A stretch of 64,000 nt of DNA, taken from contig CAZHBD010000002.1 of assembly GCA_964530555.1 (NCBI GenBank), forward strand, positions 1,036 through 65,035, given 5' to 3'. The notes beneath the pieces are model-generated. The model was not told the DNA's origin and did no database searches. It was given only the letters and a program-made list of their open reading frames with translations. A program made the translations under genes and the position numbers. Shown in pieces: positions 9,024-18,873 of the stretch. This DNA is from an uncultured Candidatus Saccharibacteria bacterium (GTDB lineage Bacteria > Patescibacteriota > Saccharimonadia > Saccharimonadales > AWTP1-31). Position 1 is the first letter of the stretch. Every line of letters begins with the position of its first letter.

Positions 9024-10664
9024 ATGCCATTTTTACAATTCAAAGGTAAATCCTTCGTTCAGAATCATCACTTAGCAGTGCCGTACCATCAACTTGTACC
9101 ACAGAAAGACAAGAGCCTCACTGATAATGTGAGTTTGCACGATAATCTCATTGTTCACGGCGACAACTTGCTAGCTCTAAAAGCACTACTGCCTACGTAT
9201 GCTGGGAAAGTTAAATGTATCTATATTGACCCTCCATATAACACGGGTAATGAAGGCTGGGTATACAACGATAATGTGAAGAGCCCAATTATAAAAGAAT
9301 GGATTGGACAAGTCGTTGGCAAAGAAACAGAAGACTTCACTCGTGATGATAAGTGGCTTTGTATGATGATGCCAAGACTGAAATTACTACGCGATTTGCT
9401 TGCAGATGAAGGAACCATTTTTGTCAGTGCCGATGACCACGAAATGCACAACCTGCGTGTTCTGATGGACGAGATATTCGGTCAAGAAAACCATCTGGCG
9501 ACAATTATCTGGGAAAAGGGCGACTCTCCGAAAATGGATGTCGAGCACTACTCGTACAGGCACGACTATGTAATTAGCTATGCAAAAGACAAGGAAAGCG
9601 TAACTTTCAATCGTCTTGCATTAGATACCGATAATCTACCACAGCACTATGACAAAGTTGATGAAGACGGTAGGCAGTATTATCTAAAACCCTTGCGAGC
9701 TATGGGCGGTCAGGGTGAGACGCGTGAATCACGTCCAACGCTTTATTATGCACTTCAAGCACCAGACGGAACGGAAGTTTTCCCTAAACTACAAAATGGC
9801 AAAGATGGTGCGTGGCGATGGGGCAAAGACAGGGTCGAGACGGAAGCAAGCCGTATAGAGTGGAAAAATGGAAGAAACGGCTGGACGCCGTACTTTAGAA
9901 TATATGCAGATAGCTCAAAGGGTATACCACCAGAGTCTATTTTTACGTTTGGAGATGTTGGCAGTAGTCGTACCGCAAAAGCGGCATTAAAGACTATTTT
10001 TAATACCGAGACGGTTTTTGACACGCCTAAGCCTGTTGGACTAATTAAGAAGCTGATAAACATTGCAACTAACGATGGTGATGTTGTTCTAGACTCATTT
10101 GCAGGTTCAGGAACAACTGCACAAGCTGTACTTGAAATAAACAAGCAGGAAAACGGCAATCGTAAGTTTATACTTGTTGAGCTAGAAGAATACGCAAACA
10201 GCATTACAGCAGAACGTATACGGCGAATTGCTAAAGGAGTGCCCACTTCAAAAAGTGAGCTAGTAAAGGAAGGTCTGGGCGGTTCATTTAGCTATTTTGA
10301 CCTTGGAGAACCGATTGAAACAACAGGTATACTCAAAGGCGAAAAACTTCCAAGCTATTTAGAGCTCGCAAGGTACGTGTATTACACTGCAACGGGCGAA
10401 GAGTTTGACGAGAGCAAGCTCAACGAATCAGACTTTTATGTTGGTGCATCAAGCCATTACGATGTTTATATGCTTTACAAGCCAGATGTTGAGTATTTGA
10501 AGCAAACAGCACTTACGCTTAATATGGCACGTGATCTTCGAGATAAAGCAGGGTCAAGACCACTTCTCGTATTTGCACCTACTAAATATGTTGAAACTGG
10601 TGAGCTTGACGAGCTAAAAATTGATTTCTGTCAGCTACCATTTGAAATATACAAGGTTAAATAG
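9024..10664 (+). CDS. mod: Type III restriction-modification system methyltransferase (Mod) subunit
   Basis: DPPY motif (IYIDPPYNTGNEGW) with a downstream FxGxG SAM motif (DSFAGSGTTAQA), giving a beta-class N6A/N4C methyltransferase layout. It sits immediately upstream of a helicase-nuclease gene. Confidence 0.85.
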   Translation: MPFLQFKGKSFVQNHHLAVPYHQLVPQKDKSLTDNVSLHDNLIVHGDNLLALKALLPTYAGKVKCIYIDPPYNTGNEGWVYNDNVKSPIIKEWIGQVVGKETEDFTRDDKWLCMMMPRLKLLRDLLADEGTIFVSADDHEMHNLRVLMDEIFGQENHLATIIWEKGDSPKMDVEHYSYRHDYVISYAKDKESVTFNRLALDTDNLPQHYDKVDEDGRQYYLKPLRAMGGQGETRESRPTLYYALQAPDGTEVFPKLQNGKDGAWRWGKDRVETEASRIEWKNGRNGWTPYFRIYADSSKGIPPESIFTFGDVGSSRTAKAALKTIFNTETVFDTPKPVGLIKKLINIATNDGDVVLDSFAGSGTTAQAVLEINKQENGNRKFILVELEEYANSITAERIRRIAKGVPTSKSELVKEGLGGSFSYFDLGEPIETTGILKGEKLPSYLELARYVYYTATGEEFDESKLNESDFYVGASSHYDVYMLYKPDVEYLKQTALTLNMARDLRDKAGSRPLLVFAPTKYVETGELDELKIDFCQLPFEIYKVK

Positions 10665-10666
10665 CT

Positions 10667-13162
10667 ATGGAACTTCGGGAGTACCAGAAAAAGGTCACAA
10701 CCAAGTTATCGGAGTATTTAGTTGCGTTGAATGAACAGCGTGAACGCTATGAGCGTGTCAAAGAAGCAGATGCTGAGCTAGCAAACGATATACATTTTCC
10801 AGATAAAGCTTGGCAAAGCATAGGGCTTAGTGGCTATAAAAAGTCATTTAATGGCTTGAGCCAGCCAGTTCCAAATCTATACTTCAAAGTACCTACCGGT
10901 GGTGGTAAAACACTGCTTGCCTGTCACAGTATCGACTTAATAAACAAGGTATATCTAAACAAGCAGTCGGGTATGATTTTATGGATTGTACCAACTACGC
11001 AGATCTATAGACAGACGCTAAAATCACTCCGAGACCGTCATCACCCATACAGACAAGTTCTTGATGTCAGCAGCGGTGGTAAAACGTTGATATTAGAGAA
11101 GATGGACCGCTTCACACCAGGCGATGTTGCAGAAAATCTGTGCGTTATGCTGTTGATGCTACCTTCTGCTTCACGTCAAAGCAAAGAGACCTTAAAAGTC
11201 TTCAAAGACAACACTGGCTATACTGAGTTCTTTCCACCAGAAGATGCCTACAAGCTACAAGAACAATTGCTTACACAAATACCTAATCTCGATACTTTCG
11301 GTGCAGAGGGCTATATGTGGGGAAACTTGCCAAAGACCTCTCTGGGTAACGTACTTCGCATCTTACGACCGATAACAATTATCGACGAAGGGCACAAAGC
11401 GTATTCTGAAACTGCTCGCAGTACGATAGCAGGCTTCAACCCGTCGTTTCTACTAGAGCTTTCAGCCACGCCACCAGACTCGGCAAACAAACTAATTGAA
11501 ATTACAGGCAAAGAGCTCAATGACGAGCAAATGATTAAACTTGACCTTCACCTTGTTAACAAGACCACCGTAGGCTGGAAAGAGACTGTTGCTGATGCCA
11601 AGAATTACCTTGATGCTTTGCAAACTAAGGCACGTGAGTACGAGCAAAACACCAACAACTATATACGTCCAATAATGCTCGTTCAGGTTGAGCGTACTGG
11701 TAAAGACCAGCGTGACGGCGTGCTTATTCACGCAGAAGATGTGAAAGAGTACCTAATAAAGCAAGCCGGCGTACCAGAAGAGCAGATTGCAATCAAATCT
11801 ACAGAAAAAGACGACATCGAAGGCTTAGACCTATTAAGTAAAGACTGTGCAATACGCTTTATTATCACTAAGCAGGCACTGCAAGAAGGCTGGGACTGTC
11901 CATTCGCCTACGTTTTGTGTAGTTTAACGAAATCACAGTCTGAAACTGCAATGACACAGTTAATAGGTCGTGTACTAAGACAACCATACGCCAAAAAGAC
12001 AGGTATTAAAGAGCTCGATGAATGTTACGTATACAGCTTTCAGCACGATACGACAAAGCTTGTTCGCGGCATCAAACAGAACCTTGAGGGCGAGGGTCTT
12101 GGAGACCTTGCAAGTCGTATTGCAGTAGATACAGACGATGCAATCAACCCAGACTATTTAGAGCAACGAGCAATCGAGTATCGTGATGAGTTCAAAAAAT
12201 ATGCAGGCAGAATCTTTTTGCCATTTTTTGCAGTTGATGACGGTCGTGGATTGCGTGAAGTACGTTATAGTACTGACATTTTAAGCCGAATTAAATGGTC
12301 TGATGCCGATGTCACTAAAATTGGTAGTTTGAATCTCGAAAATAAGACCACAGACGATATTACGGTAGCAGTAACTATCGACTCAGACGGCAAGCCACAA
12401 GCCACCAAGTCTTCATCATTAAGCTACGAGTCAGAGCTAGACACTGAATACGTAGCACGGCAGATTGTTGATATAGTTCCTAACCCTTGGGTTGCCTATG
12501 AGACTGCAAATACGGCTCTAGACTCTCTGTTAAAGACCAACGATATAGAAGTGGTGGCAAGCAATCTAGTCTTCGTCATAGAGTCTCTACGGAGCTTGTT
12601 ATTTAGCGAACGTGACAGACTTGCTGAGACTACATTCAAAACAATGCTAAAAAGTGGCGAAATGAAGTTCTACCTGCTCAGTGACCAGCCATTACGCAGT
12701 GTGGCAAATGTACGCAGTAAGCGTCGTTTACGCAACGGTGCAGATGAAGACTTACAAAGAAGCTTATTCGACTATGTGCCAAGTGAAGACGTAAACGGTC
12801 TAGAAGAAGCGGTAGCTTGGTATCTCGATGACCAAACAAAACTACTCTGGTGGTATCGCAATATGAGCAAGGCTGACTATCGTATTCAAGGCTGGCGACC
12901 AAATCGTATATACCCAGACTTCTTAGCTGCCAACAAAGTCGACGATGACTTCGACAAGGTGTATGTTCTTGAATCAAAAGGCGACCAGCTTGTTGGTAAC
13001 GATGACACTGAGTATAAGCGTAGTGTTTTTGAGCTATGCAACACTCTAGCAGTAGAAAAGAGCTGGAAAGAGCTAGACCTTGGGCAGACAGAACGTGACT
13101 TCCACTTCGAAATGCTAGACCAGAAGAGCTGGAAAGACCAGTTGAATCGACTGGTAGCCTAA
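10667..13162 (+). CDS. res: Type III restriction enzyme Res subunit (SF2 helicase + nuclease)
   Basis: Walker A (VPTGGGKT), DEAH-like motif II (IIDEGHKA), helicase motif VI-like QLIGRVLRQ and a C-terminal PD-(D/E)xK-like region. It starts 3 nt after the Mod stop. Confidence 0.85.
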   Translation: MELREYQKKVTTKLSEYLVALNEQRERYERVKEADAELANDIHFPDKAWQSIGLSGYKKSFNGLSQPVPNLYFKVPTGGGKTLLACHSIDLINKVYLNKQSGMILWIVPTTQIYRQTLKSLRDRHHPYRQVLDVSSGGKTLILEKMDRFTPGDVAENLCVMLLMLPSASRQSKETLKVFKDNTGYTEFFPPEDAYKLQEQLLTQIPNLDTFGAEGYMWGNLPKTSLGNVLRILRPITIIDEGHKAYSETARSTIAGFNPSFLLELSATPPDSANKLIEITGKELNDEQMIKLDLHLVNKTTVGWKETVADAKNYLDALQTKAREYEQNTNNYIRPIMLVQVERTGKDQRDGVLIHAEDVKEYLIKQAGVPEEQIAIKSTEKDDIEGLDLLSKDCAIRFIITKQALQEGWDCPFAYVLCSLTKSQSETAMTQLIGRVLRQPYAKKTGIKELDECYVYSFQHDTTKLVRGIKQNLEGEGLGDLASRIAVDTDDAINPDYLEQRAIEYRDEFKKYAGRIFLPFFAVDDGRGLREVRYSTDILSRIKWSDADVTKIGSLNLENKTTDDITVAVTIDSDGKPQATKSSSLSYESELDTEYVARQIVDIVPNPWVAYETANTALDSLLKTNDIEVVASNLVFVIESLRSLLFSERDRLAETTFKTMLKSGEMKFYLLSDQPLRSVANVRSKRRLRNGADEDLQRSLFDYVPSEDVNGLEEAVAWYLDDQTKLLWWYRNMSKADYRIQGWRPNRIYPDFLAANKVDDDFDKVYVLESKGDQLVGNDDTEYKRSVFELCNTLAVEKSWKELDLGQTERDFHFEMLDQKSWKDQLNRLVA

Positions 13163-13257
13163 TGGCTGATCTACTGCCGTCAGATATAAAAAAGTTCAAA
13201 GCCCTGTACAAAGAGAAGTTCGATATCGAGCTTGATGATGTGGCTGCACGACATTAA
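13162..13257 (+). pseudogene. 31-codon ORF remnant overlapping the Res stop (TAATG), resembling the N-terminus of a truncated gene
   Basis: Reads MADLLPSDIKKFKALYKEKFDIELDDVAARH*. There is no domain-length continuation. It is followed by ~100 nt of non-coding sequence. Confidence 0.2.
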
Positions 13258-13355
13258 AATATCGCTTGTCATGCGTTTTTCGTATGTCTTGAATCCAGTC
13301 GTAATCCGACTGGTCTATGTCTGGGTATGCGAGTGCTAAATATGCCATATAGGTA

Positions 13356-13898
13356 CTATACTAACTTCTCTTTAATTACTGTAACAAGTTCGGGGAACCA
13401 GAAATCGGTAAAATGCCCCTTATTGGTATGTTCGTGATAGTCAGTACCGAGCATGTCTCGGATATGTTGTGGCTCCTCAATAGGTATGAAAGGGTCGTCA
13501 GTTGAAGCGAACTGTACTATCCAGTTCTGATTGGCTTTGATTGCTTCCCAATTCCAAGGCTCATCATAGTAGCCACTCATTCTTTCTGAACGAATACCGA
13601 GGTCGGTGTGCATAGCTCCAACAAGAACAGAGCCAAAGATACGATGTGTTTCCGCATACCGCATTGCAGCTACGGCTCCTGATGAGTGACCAACAATAAT
13701 ACTGTTCTCGTTTGCACCAAGTGCGTTCTCAATAAAAGGTAGCCACTTAAAAGACCGAGCCAGCATATTGTCTGGCATAGTCTGTGCAACGACCTCTAAG
13801 CCGAGTGCTTCTAGTTCGGTTTTGGCTTCGGGGAACCAAATGTCTTCAACGGTTGATCCACCGTTCCCATGAACGAAAATTACGTTAGGGCTACTCAT
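13356..13898 (-). CDS. alpha/beta-fold serine hydrolase (YdeN/RBBP9-like)
   Basis: Nucleophile elbow GHSSG (IIVGHSSGAVAA) with HGNGG near the N-terminus. About 180 aa. Confidence 0.65.
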   Translation of the reverse strand: MSSPNVIFVHGNGGSTVEDIWFPEAKTELEALGLEVVAQTMPDNMLARSFKWLPFIENALGANENSIIVGHSSGAVAAMRYAETHRIFGSVLVGAMHTDLGIRSERMSGYYDEPWNWEAIKANQNWIVQFASTDDPFIPIEEPQHIRDMLGTDYHEHTNKGHFTDFWFPELVTVIKEKLV

Positions 13899-14118
13899 TA
13901 CTTCTCCTCAAATTAAAAATAGACTTCGGATTGAAGCCTATTTGTTTTGGACTGTGCTGACGAGCTATTGCTCGATGGCTTCAATCATAGTGAAGCACAG
14001 CCCTGTAAGGCTGAGAAGGAGAAGGCTAATTTGATTTACTGCCTTGTGCATAACATACATTCTAAAATATCCGAGTAGTTATGTCAATCAAGCTAACTCG
14101 TTATTGTATAATATGTTT

Positions 14119-14200
14119 TATAACAGGGGTCGGCGAAAATAACACAAGCACTTGACAGGCATCTATGTCGCTAAGAATCATCTACTACCCCTGTTAGGGT
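14119..14200 (+). promoter_or_regulatory. sigma70-like promoter (TTGACA-N16/17-TAAGAAT) bracketed by inverted TAACAGGGG / CCCCTGTTA motifs, upstream of 14279 gene
   Basis: The motif pair lies at 14116..14130 and 14189..14198, with the -35 and -10 hexamers between them. Confidence 0.4.
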
Positions 14201-14278
14201 ATGACCGACAATGTTGATTGTGCGACATGGTTCTCATGAGCCTAGCTTATTATCCAAGCATAGTGTTACCATAAATCT

Positions 14279-14986
14279 ATGGATAAACAAACAGTAACGC
14301 TGATAGGCTCATTTAGAAAAGAAAGAAGCAAATTAGAATCAATCTTCAACGACTTATCAAAGCACTTCGAGCTACTTTGTCCTAAAAGTATTGATTTCAT
14401 TGACCACACGGCAGAGTTTGTTAAAGCTGCACATGAGATAGACGACAGCGTGAACGTTATTGAGGAACGTGTATTAGAATCTATACGAAAATCTGATTTT
14501 GTGTGGCTATTCTCTCCTGCGGGTTATGTAGGTATAAGTGCATCATTTGAAATTGGACTGGCTTATTCATTAGGTGTACCCGTATATACCGACACAGAGC
14601 TACAAGACGAAATGTTACAAACAATGATAACTGAAATAGTTAAAAAACCATTAGATGTTCAAGTCAAAGTACATAAGCCAGGTAAAGGTATATCTGGGCT
14701 ACAACGGTACTATCAAAGGGTTTCAAGCAGAAGGGGCTGGTCGAACGAATCGCCTAAAGATACTATGTTACTTCTTACAGAAGAACTGGGAGAACTAGCC
14801 AGAGCAATAAGGAAGTCAGAGGGTCTAAAGCGAGACGCTGGATACGATAATATTGGATTACAGGACGAATTGGCTGATGTGCAACTGTATCTTGTTCATT
14901 TAGCGAATGGTCTAGGTATAGACTTAGATGAAGCTGTTACACAAAAAGAACACAAAAATCACATACGTCACGAGAAAAGTAAGTAA
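14279..14986 (+). CDS. fusion protein: nucleoside 2-deoxyribosyltransferase-like N-domain + MazG-like nucleotide pyrophosphohydrolase C-domain
   Basis: The N-terminal region VTLIGSF...SASFEIGLAYSLGVPVY resembles the NDT/LOG-like Rossmann motif (GTAFEIGYAxAxGKPV). The C-terminal region TEELGELARAI...ELADVQLYLVHLANGLGIDLDEA matches the MazG/NTP-PPase EExxE...D signature. Confidence 0.5.
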   Translation: MDKQTVTLIGSFRKERSKLESIFNDLSKHFELLCPKSIDFIDHTAEFVKAAHEIDDSVNVIEERVLESIRKSDFVWLFSPAGYVGISASFEIGLAYSLGVPVYTDTELQDEMLQTMITEIVKKPLDVQVKVHKPGKGISGLQRYYQRVSSRRGWSNESPKDTMLLLTEELGELARAIRKSEGLKRDAGYDNIGLQDELADVQLYLVHLANGLGIDLDEAVTQKEHKNHIRHEKSK

Positions 14987-15164
14987 CTCTTTAATACACT
15001 AGGTTTTCCACCTGAACCACTCTGGTTTTTGGATTACAAGCATTTCTAAAGTCATCTAGTATGCTCTTGAATTCTTCCGGATACTCCAACAGATGGTTTA
15101 ACAGTTCGTGTAGGGTATGTTCGGGTCGACCAAGTCGGAATGTTTTATGGTAAGCTTATGGTAA

Positions 15165-15800
15165 ATGATTGAAGTCATAATCAGCCTGGTCTTTGGTTTG
15201 TGTTTACTGGCTTTTCTTGAATGGCAGCACAAACAGGGCAAAATCAGTGCTGAAGTGGCACGCAAAATTGTACATATTACGGTAGCTTTGGTTTTGGCAA
15301 CCTGGCCGTTTTTTGTTTCGTGGAATACTATCCTGATTGTTGAGATTATCTATTTAATCGCCGCTGCCCTGGTTCGTCATTACATGCCGCTAGATAGCCA
15401 GCACAAAGTTGGCCGTCTGTCGTGGGGTGAGTTTTTCTTCTCCTTTGGAGTCATCTTGTCCATCTTGCTTGGTGCATCACGTTGGATCTTTATTATGGCT
15501 ATTTTGCATCTTGGACTAGCCGATGCAGTGGCAGCTCTTGTTGGTGTCAAATTCGGCAAAAACAATAGCTATAAGTTGCTTGGACAAAAGAAGTCGATTG
15601 TCGGTACAGCCAGTTTCTTCGTAGTTTCTTGTCTACTGGTGGCGCTGTGCTTTGTGTTTGTGCCTGGATATGTAACCGGTGCAACAATGCTACCACTGTT
15701 GCTGTTGCCGTTCTTGACTACTGCTGCAGAAAATATCGGTGTCTATGGCACAGATAACTTGTTAATCCCGTTAATCGTAATTATGATGCTGTCGGCTTGA
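15165..15800 (+). CDS. CTP-dependent polyprenol/dolichol-kinase-like (CdsA/CTP_transf_1 family) membrane protein
   Basis: Multi-pass membrane protein with the GDxxAxxxG-like motif (GLADAVAALVGVKFGK). Confidence 0.5.
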   Translation: MIEVIISLVFGLCLLAFLEWQHKQGKISAEVARKIVHITVALVLATWPFFVSWNTILIVEIIYLIAAALVRHYMPLDSQHKVGRLSWGEFFFSFGVILSILLGASRWIFIMAILHLGLADAVAALVGVKFGKNNSYKLLGQKKSIVGTASFFVVSCLLVALCFVFVPGYVTGATMLPLLLLPFLTTAAENIGVYGTDNLLIPLIVIMMLSA

Positions 15801-17652
15801 GTTTCTTGCTGTCACTGTGTGCCCGAAGAGCGTAGAGGATAACAATCACATCAACAACTTCCTGGATGGCCGCACCGTAGATTGGCTTGAACCGGCCGCT
15901 GGCAAAGGCAAACATTAATAGGACGCTCAAAAAAATACCGGTTAGAATGGCCTGCTTGGCAATGCGCAGAGTACGCTTGGCGACAGCAACGACGACTGCA
16001 ACTTGCTCGAACTTATCAAGCATAATGACGACATCAGCTGATTCGCTGGCGGCAGTTGAGCCACGAGCACCCAGTGCAATGCCGACATCGCTAGCAGCCA
16101 ATACAGGGGCGTCATTAACACCGTCACCAACAAATGCTACTGGCTTGCTTTGTATGTTTTCTATGGCACGGATTTTGTCACCTGGTAGACTCTCGGCTTG
16201 TACTTGGTCAATTCCGAGTTGTTTGGCAATTGCTGCTGCCGTGGCTTTATTGTCACCCGTTACCATCAGCATGTGCTTAAAGCCAAGTTTTTTGAGCCAG
16301 TTAAGGGTGCTCTTAGCATCGGTCCGCAATGTATCCTCGAAGGCTATCGTGCCGACAAGCTCATTCTCGACAGCGACATAGCTGAGGGTCTGACTTTGCT
16401 TGGTATTACTGACTTGTTTAGGTACGGCTATACCTCGCTCTTGCATAAAAGCCAGACGGCCAATGCGCACCACCTGTCCTTGCACCGTTGCTTGTAGGCC
16501 CAGCCCAGGCACTTCCTCAATGCTCTTCGCTTTGGGGATCTTGGCGTTGATGCTGTCAGCTTTATCGACAATTGCTTGAGCCAAAACGTGATTGGAATTT
16601 TGTTCTAGTGCAGCTGCTAGTGCGATGAGGCTACTTTGTGTGCGCTTTCCAAAGGTTGTGATGTTGCTGACCTTGGGCTGCCCAACGGTCAAAGTGCCAG
16701 TTTTATCGAAGCCAATTGTTTTGGCTGCTGCCAGTTGCTCGAGTGCGCCGCCGGTCTTGACGATGATTCCGTGCTTGGCTGCTCGGCTCATTCCCGAGAT
16801 GAGAGCAATAGGAGCGCCTAGGATTAGTGGGCATGGAGTGGCAACTACCAAGACTTCCAAAAAGCGTATTGACTCACCACTGAGCGCCCAGGCGCCAAAG
16901 GCAATGGTAAACGCGAGTAAGGTGAACGGGATGCTGTAGCGATCGGCCAGACGAACAAATGGTGAGCGGTTAGACTCCGCTACCTTCACTAATTTAATGA
17001 TCTGCTGATATTGGCTGTCGGCGGCACTAGCGGAAGCTTTTACGGTGACGGCACCATCCTGGTTGATCGAGCCACTGAGCAGATCATCGCCAGCGCGTTT
17101 GCTGACTGGCAGACTTTCGCCTGTTAAGCTCGATTCATCAAAACTGGCTAAGCCTTCAATAACTACAGCGTCAACCGGCACAACTTCGCCGGGTTTGACG
17201 ATCAGTTTGTCACCAACCCGTACCTCACTGGCTGGAATGTCAACTTCTTTACGGCCGCGCAACACGTGAGCTTTGGTTGGTGCCCGGTCGAGTAGGGCGC
17301 TTAACTCGGTTTTAGCGCGTCTTTCAGCGTAGTCTTCCAATGCTTCACCACCGGTCAACATAAAGACAATAACCATGCCTGCCCAAAACTCCTTAAAGAG
17401 TACGGAGCTAATGATTGCTGTGGCGGCCAATATATCTACACCGTATATACCGCTGCGGATATCCTGAATCATGCCCCACACAAGCGGAATGACATTGAGT
17501 CCAGCAGCAATAATCAATACAAGGTCGCTAGCTGAATGTAAACCTCCGGCTCGCAAACCAAGAGCAATCAGCAAGCTAAGAACAACCATCCCGAATTGTT
17601 TATACTCCCCAAAAAACTGACGGACACCACGAAATAACTGCTTCATAATCAT
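15781..17652 (-). CDS. heavy-metal translocating P1B-type ATPase
   Basis: CPC metal-binding TM motif (ATPCPLILGAP), DKTGTLT phosphorylation site, GDGVNDAP hinge and TGES actuator motif. The ORF track starts at a TTG at 17673, but a TTGACG-N17-TATAAT promoter (17656..17673) overlaps it. The first ATG is at 17652, which would be leaderless-like. Confidence 0.85.
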   Translation of the reverse strand: MIMKQLFRGVRQFFGEYKQFGMVVLSLLIALGLRAGGLHSASDLVLIIAAGLNVIPLVWGMIQDIRSGIYGVDILAATAIISSVLFKEFWAGMVIVFMLTGGEALEDYAERRAKTELSALLDRAPTKAHVLRGRKEVDIPASEVRVGDKLIVKPGEVVPVDAVVIEGLASFDESSLTGESLPVSKRAGDDLLSGSINQDGAVTVKASASAADSQYQQIIKLVKVAESNRSPFVRLADRYSIPFTLLAFTIAFGAWALSGESIRFLEVLVVATPCPLILGAPIALISGMSRAAKHGIIVKTGGALEQLAAAKTIGFDKTGTLTVGQPKVSNITTFGKRTQSSLIALAAALEQNSNHVLAQAIVDKADSINAKIPKAKSIEEVPGLGLQATVQGQVVRIGRLAFMQERGIAVPKQVSNTKQSQTLSYVAVENELVGTIAFEDTLRTDAKSTLNWLKKLGFKHMLMVTGDNKATAAAIAKQLGIDQVQAESLPGDKIRAIENIQSKPVAFVGDGVNDAPVLAASDVGIALGARGSTAASESADVVIMLDKFEQVAVVVAVAKRTLRIAKQAILTGIFLSVLLMFAFASGRFKPIYGAAIQEVVDVIVILYALRAHSDSKKLKPTAS

Positions 17653-17734
17653 GTAATTATAGCAAACCGTCAAGCAAATGGCCCCTGTAAAAATTACTTT
17701 TTACAAGCAATAGTGCTTTTGTTTTAATAGGCGT

Positions 17735-18235
17735 GTGAAGCGATCATTTGCGCGAGCAACAGCGGTAGGACTACTAGCGTTCGGGACATATTCTTTGACT
17801 GTCGAACCATCTACCGGCGAACACTTACCGCTGCAGTGTGGTGTCGAACAGTCGGCCTATAGGCAAGCGGTTATGGAAGCTCTATTGGCAGCTGCCGCCG
17901 TACACTGTGTGCCAGTGAGTGAGGCTGTAGCCAAAGATCTAGGAGGGGACAACTTGGTTGTGTCGGTTGATGATCGTTGCGTGGCAGTTTTTTCAATCGA
18001 GAATGCAAAGGGCGAAGGAGTCGTCAAACCTGAATTGGCAGGACCTGTCGCTGAAATAACGAGCGTCGAAGCCCTGAACGGGAAACCGATGTTAGACGGT
18101 TCAATAGTTCATCTAGATGAGATAGACTCCTATGGAAAAAGTATTCCAAATGATCCATCTCTGCATCAAGCTGTTGGGCTTGCGGCGTATATTCATGACC
18201 AAACAGTTGAGGGTTGTGCTCGTCTGGGACAATAA
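17735..18235 (+). CDS. hypothetical secreted protein
   Basis: N-terminal hydrophobic signal-like segment. No recognisable domain. Confidence 0.4.
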   Translation: MKRSFARATAVGLLAFGTYSLTVEPSTGEHLPLQCGVEQSAYRQAVMEALLAAAAVHCVPVSEAVAKDLGGDNLVVSVDDRCVAVFSIENAKGEGVVKPELAGPVAEITSVEALNGKPMLDGSIVHLDEIDSYGKSIPNDPSLHQAVGLAAYIHDQTVEGCARLGQ

Positions 18236-18292
18236 TAAAAGCCGCCAGCGTATTGCCGGCGGCTACTCCTACCATTTTACCTCCTCACTTTT

Positions 18293-18736
18293 TCAGTTCC
18301 CGTCTGGTGGTGGCCCACCGTGACCACGCATGCCTAATGGCTGTGGAACGAGGTCTTCGGGGATGTTATTGTCGCTCAGCCATTGTTTAAAGTCGGCACG
18401 TTCTTTGTCTCTGGCTGTCTTGCGCTCGTCTTCTGTCTTATCTTTCATCGCATCGCGATTAGCCTCGCGCTGTGACTCCATATCCTTGAGTTTGGCTATT
18501 AACTTGTCCTCTTGACTTTGTGAAATCTTGCCGTCCTTGACCGCTTGGTCGAGCCGTTCTTTCATTTTTTGCTCGCGCTCAGCCTGGTGACTGGCTCGAT
18601 CTTCATCGAAGACCTTTTGGACATCATCCTTGTTTAAGTTAAATTTAGCGACTAGTTTGTCGATCAATGTTGACTGGCCATTTGTTGAACTTGCAGCTGA
18701 AGCCATACCGATACCAGTTATGCTTGCTGCGCCCAC
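18293..18736 (-). CDS. secreted coiled-coil, KE-rich protein (Spy/CpxP-like periplasmic chaperone-like)
   Basis: Signal peptide MGAASITGIGMASAA, followed by highly charged helical repeats and a Pro/Gly-rich C-terminus. Confidence 0.4.
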   Translation of the reverse strand: MGAASITGIGMASAASSTNGQSTLIDKLVAKFNLNKDDVQKVFDEDRASHQAEREQKMKERLDQAVKDGKISQSQEDKLIAKLKDMESQREANRDAMKDKTEDERKTARDKERADFKQWLSDNNIPEDLVPQPLGMRGHGGPPPDGN

Positions 18737-18873
18737 TGAAGCCAGTGTCCCACCGATTAGTAGTGATCGTTTAATCTTTGTTCTAATATGCTTCTCCTTT
18801 GTACTTAATGTGCGTGTTGCCGGATCCCTAGCAACACCCCCATAGTAAGTCAGAAGTTTGAAGAAAAGCTGAA

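Noticed and set aside
8303..14130. 15-bp identical GTTTTATAACAGGGG copies as definitive att sites of the R-M island
   Set aside because: The same core motif recurs at at least eight other promoter-proximal sites in the window, so identity could reflect a regulatory motif rather than recombination scars. It is kept only as a possibility.
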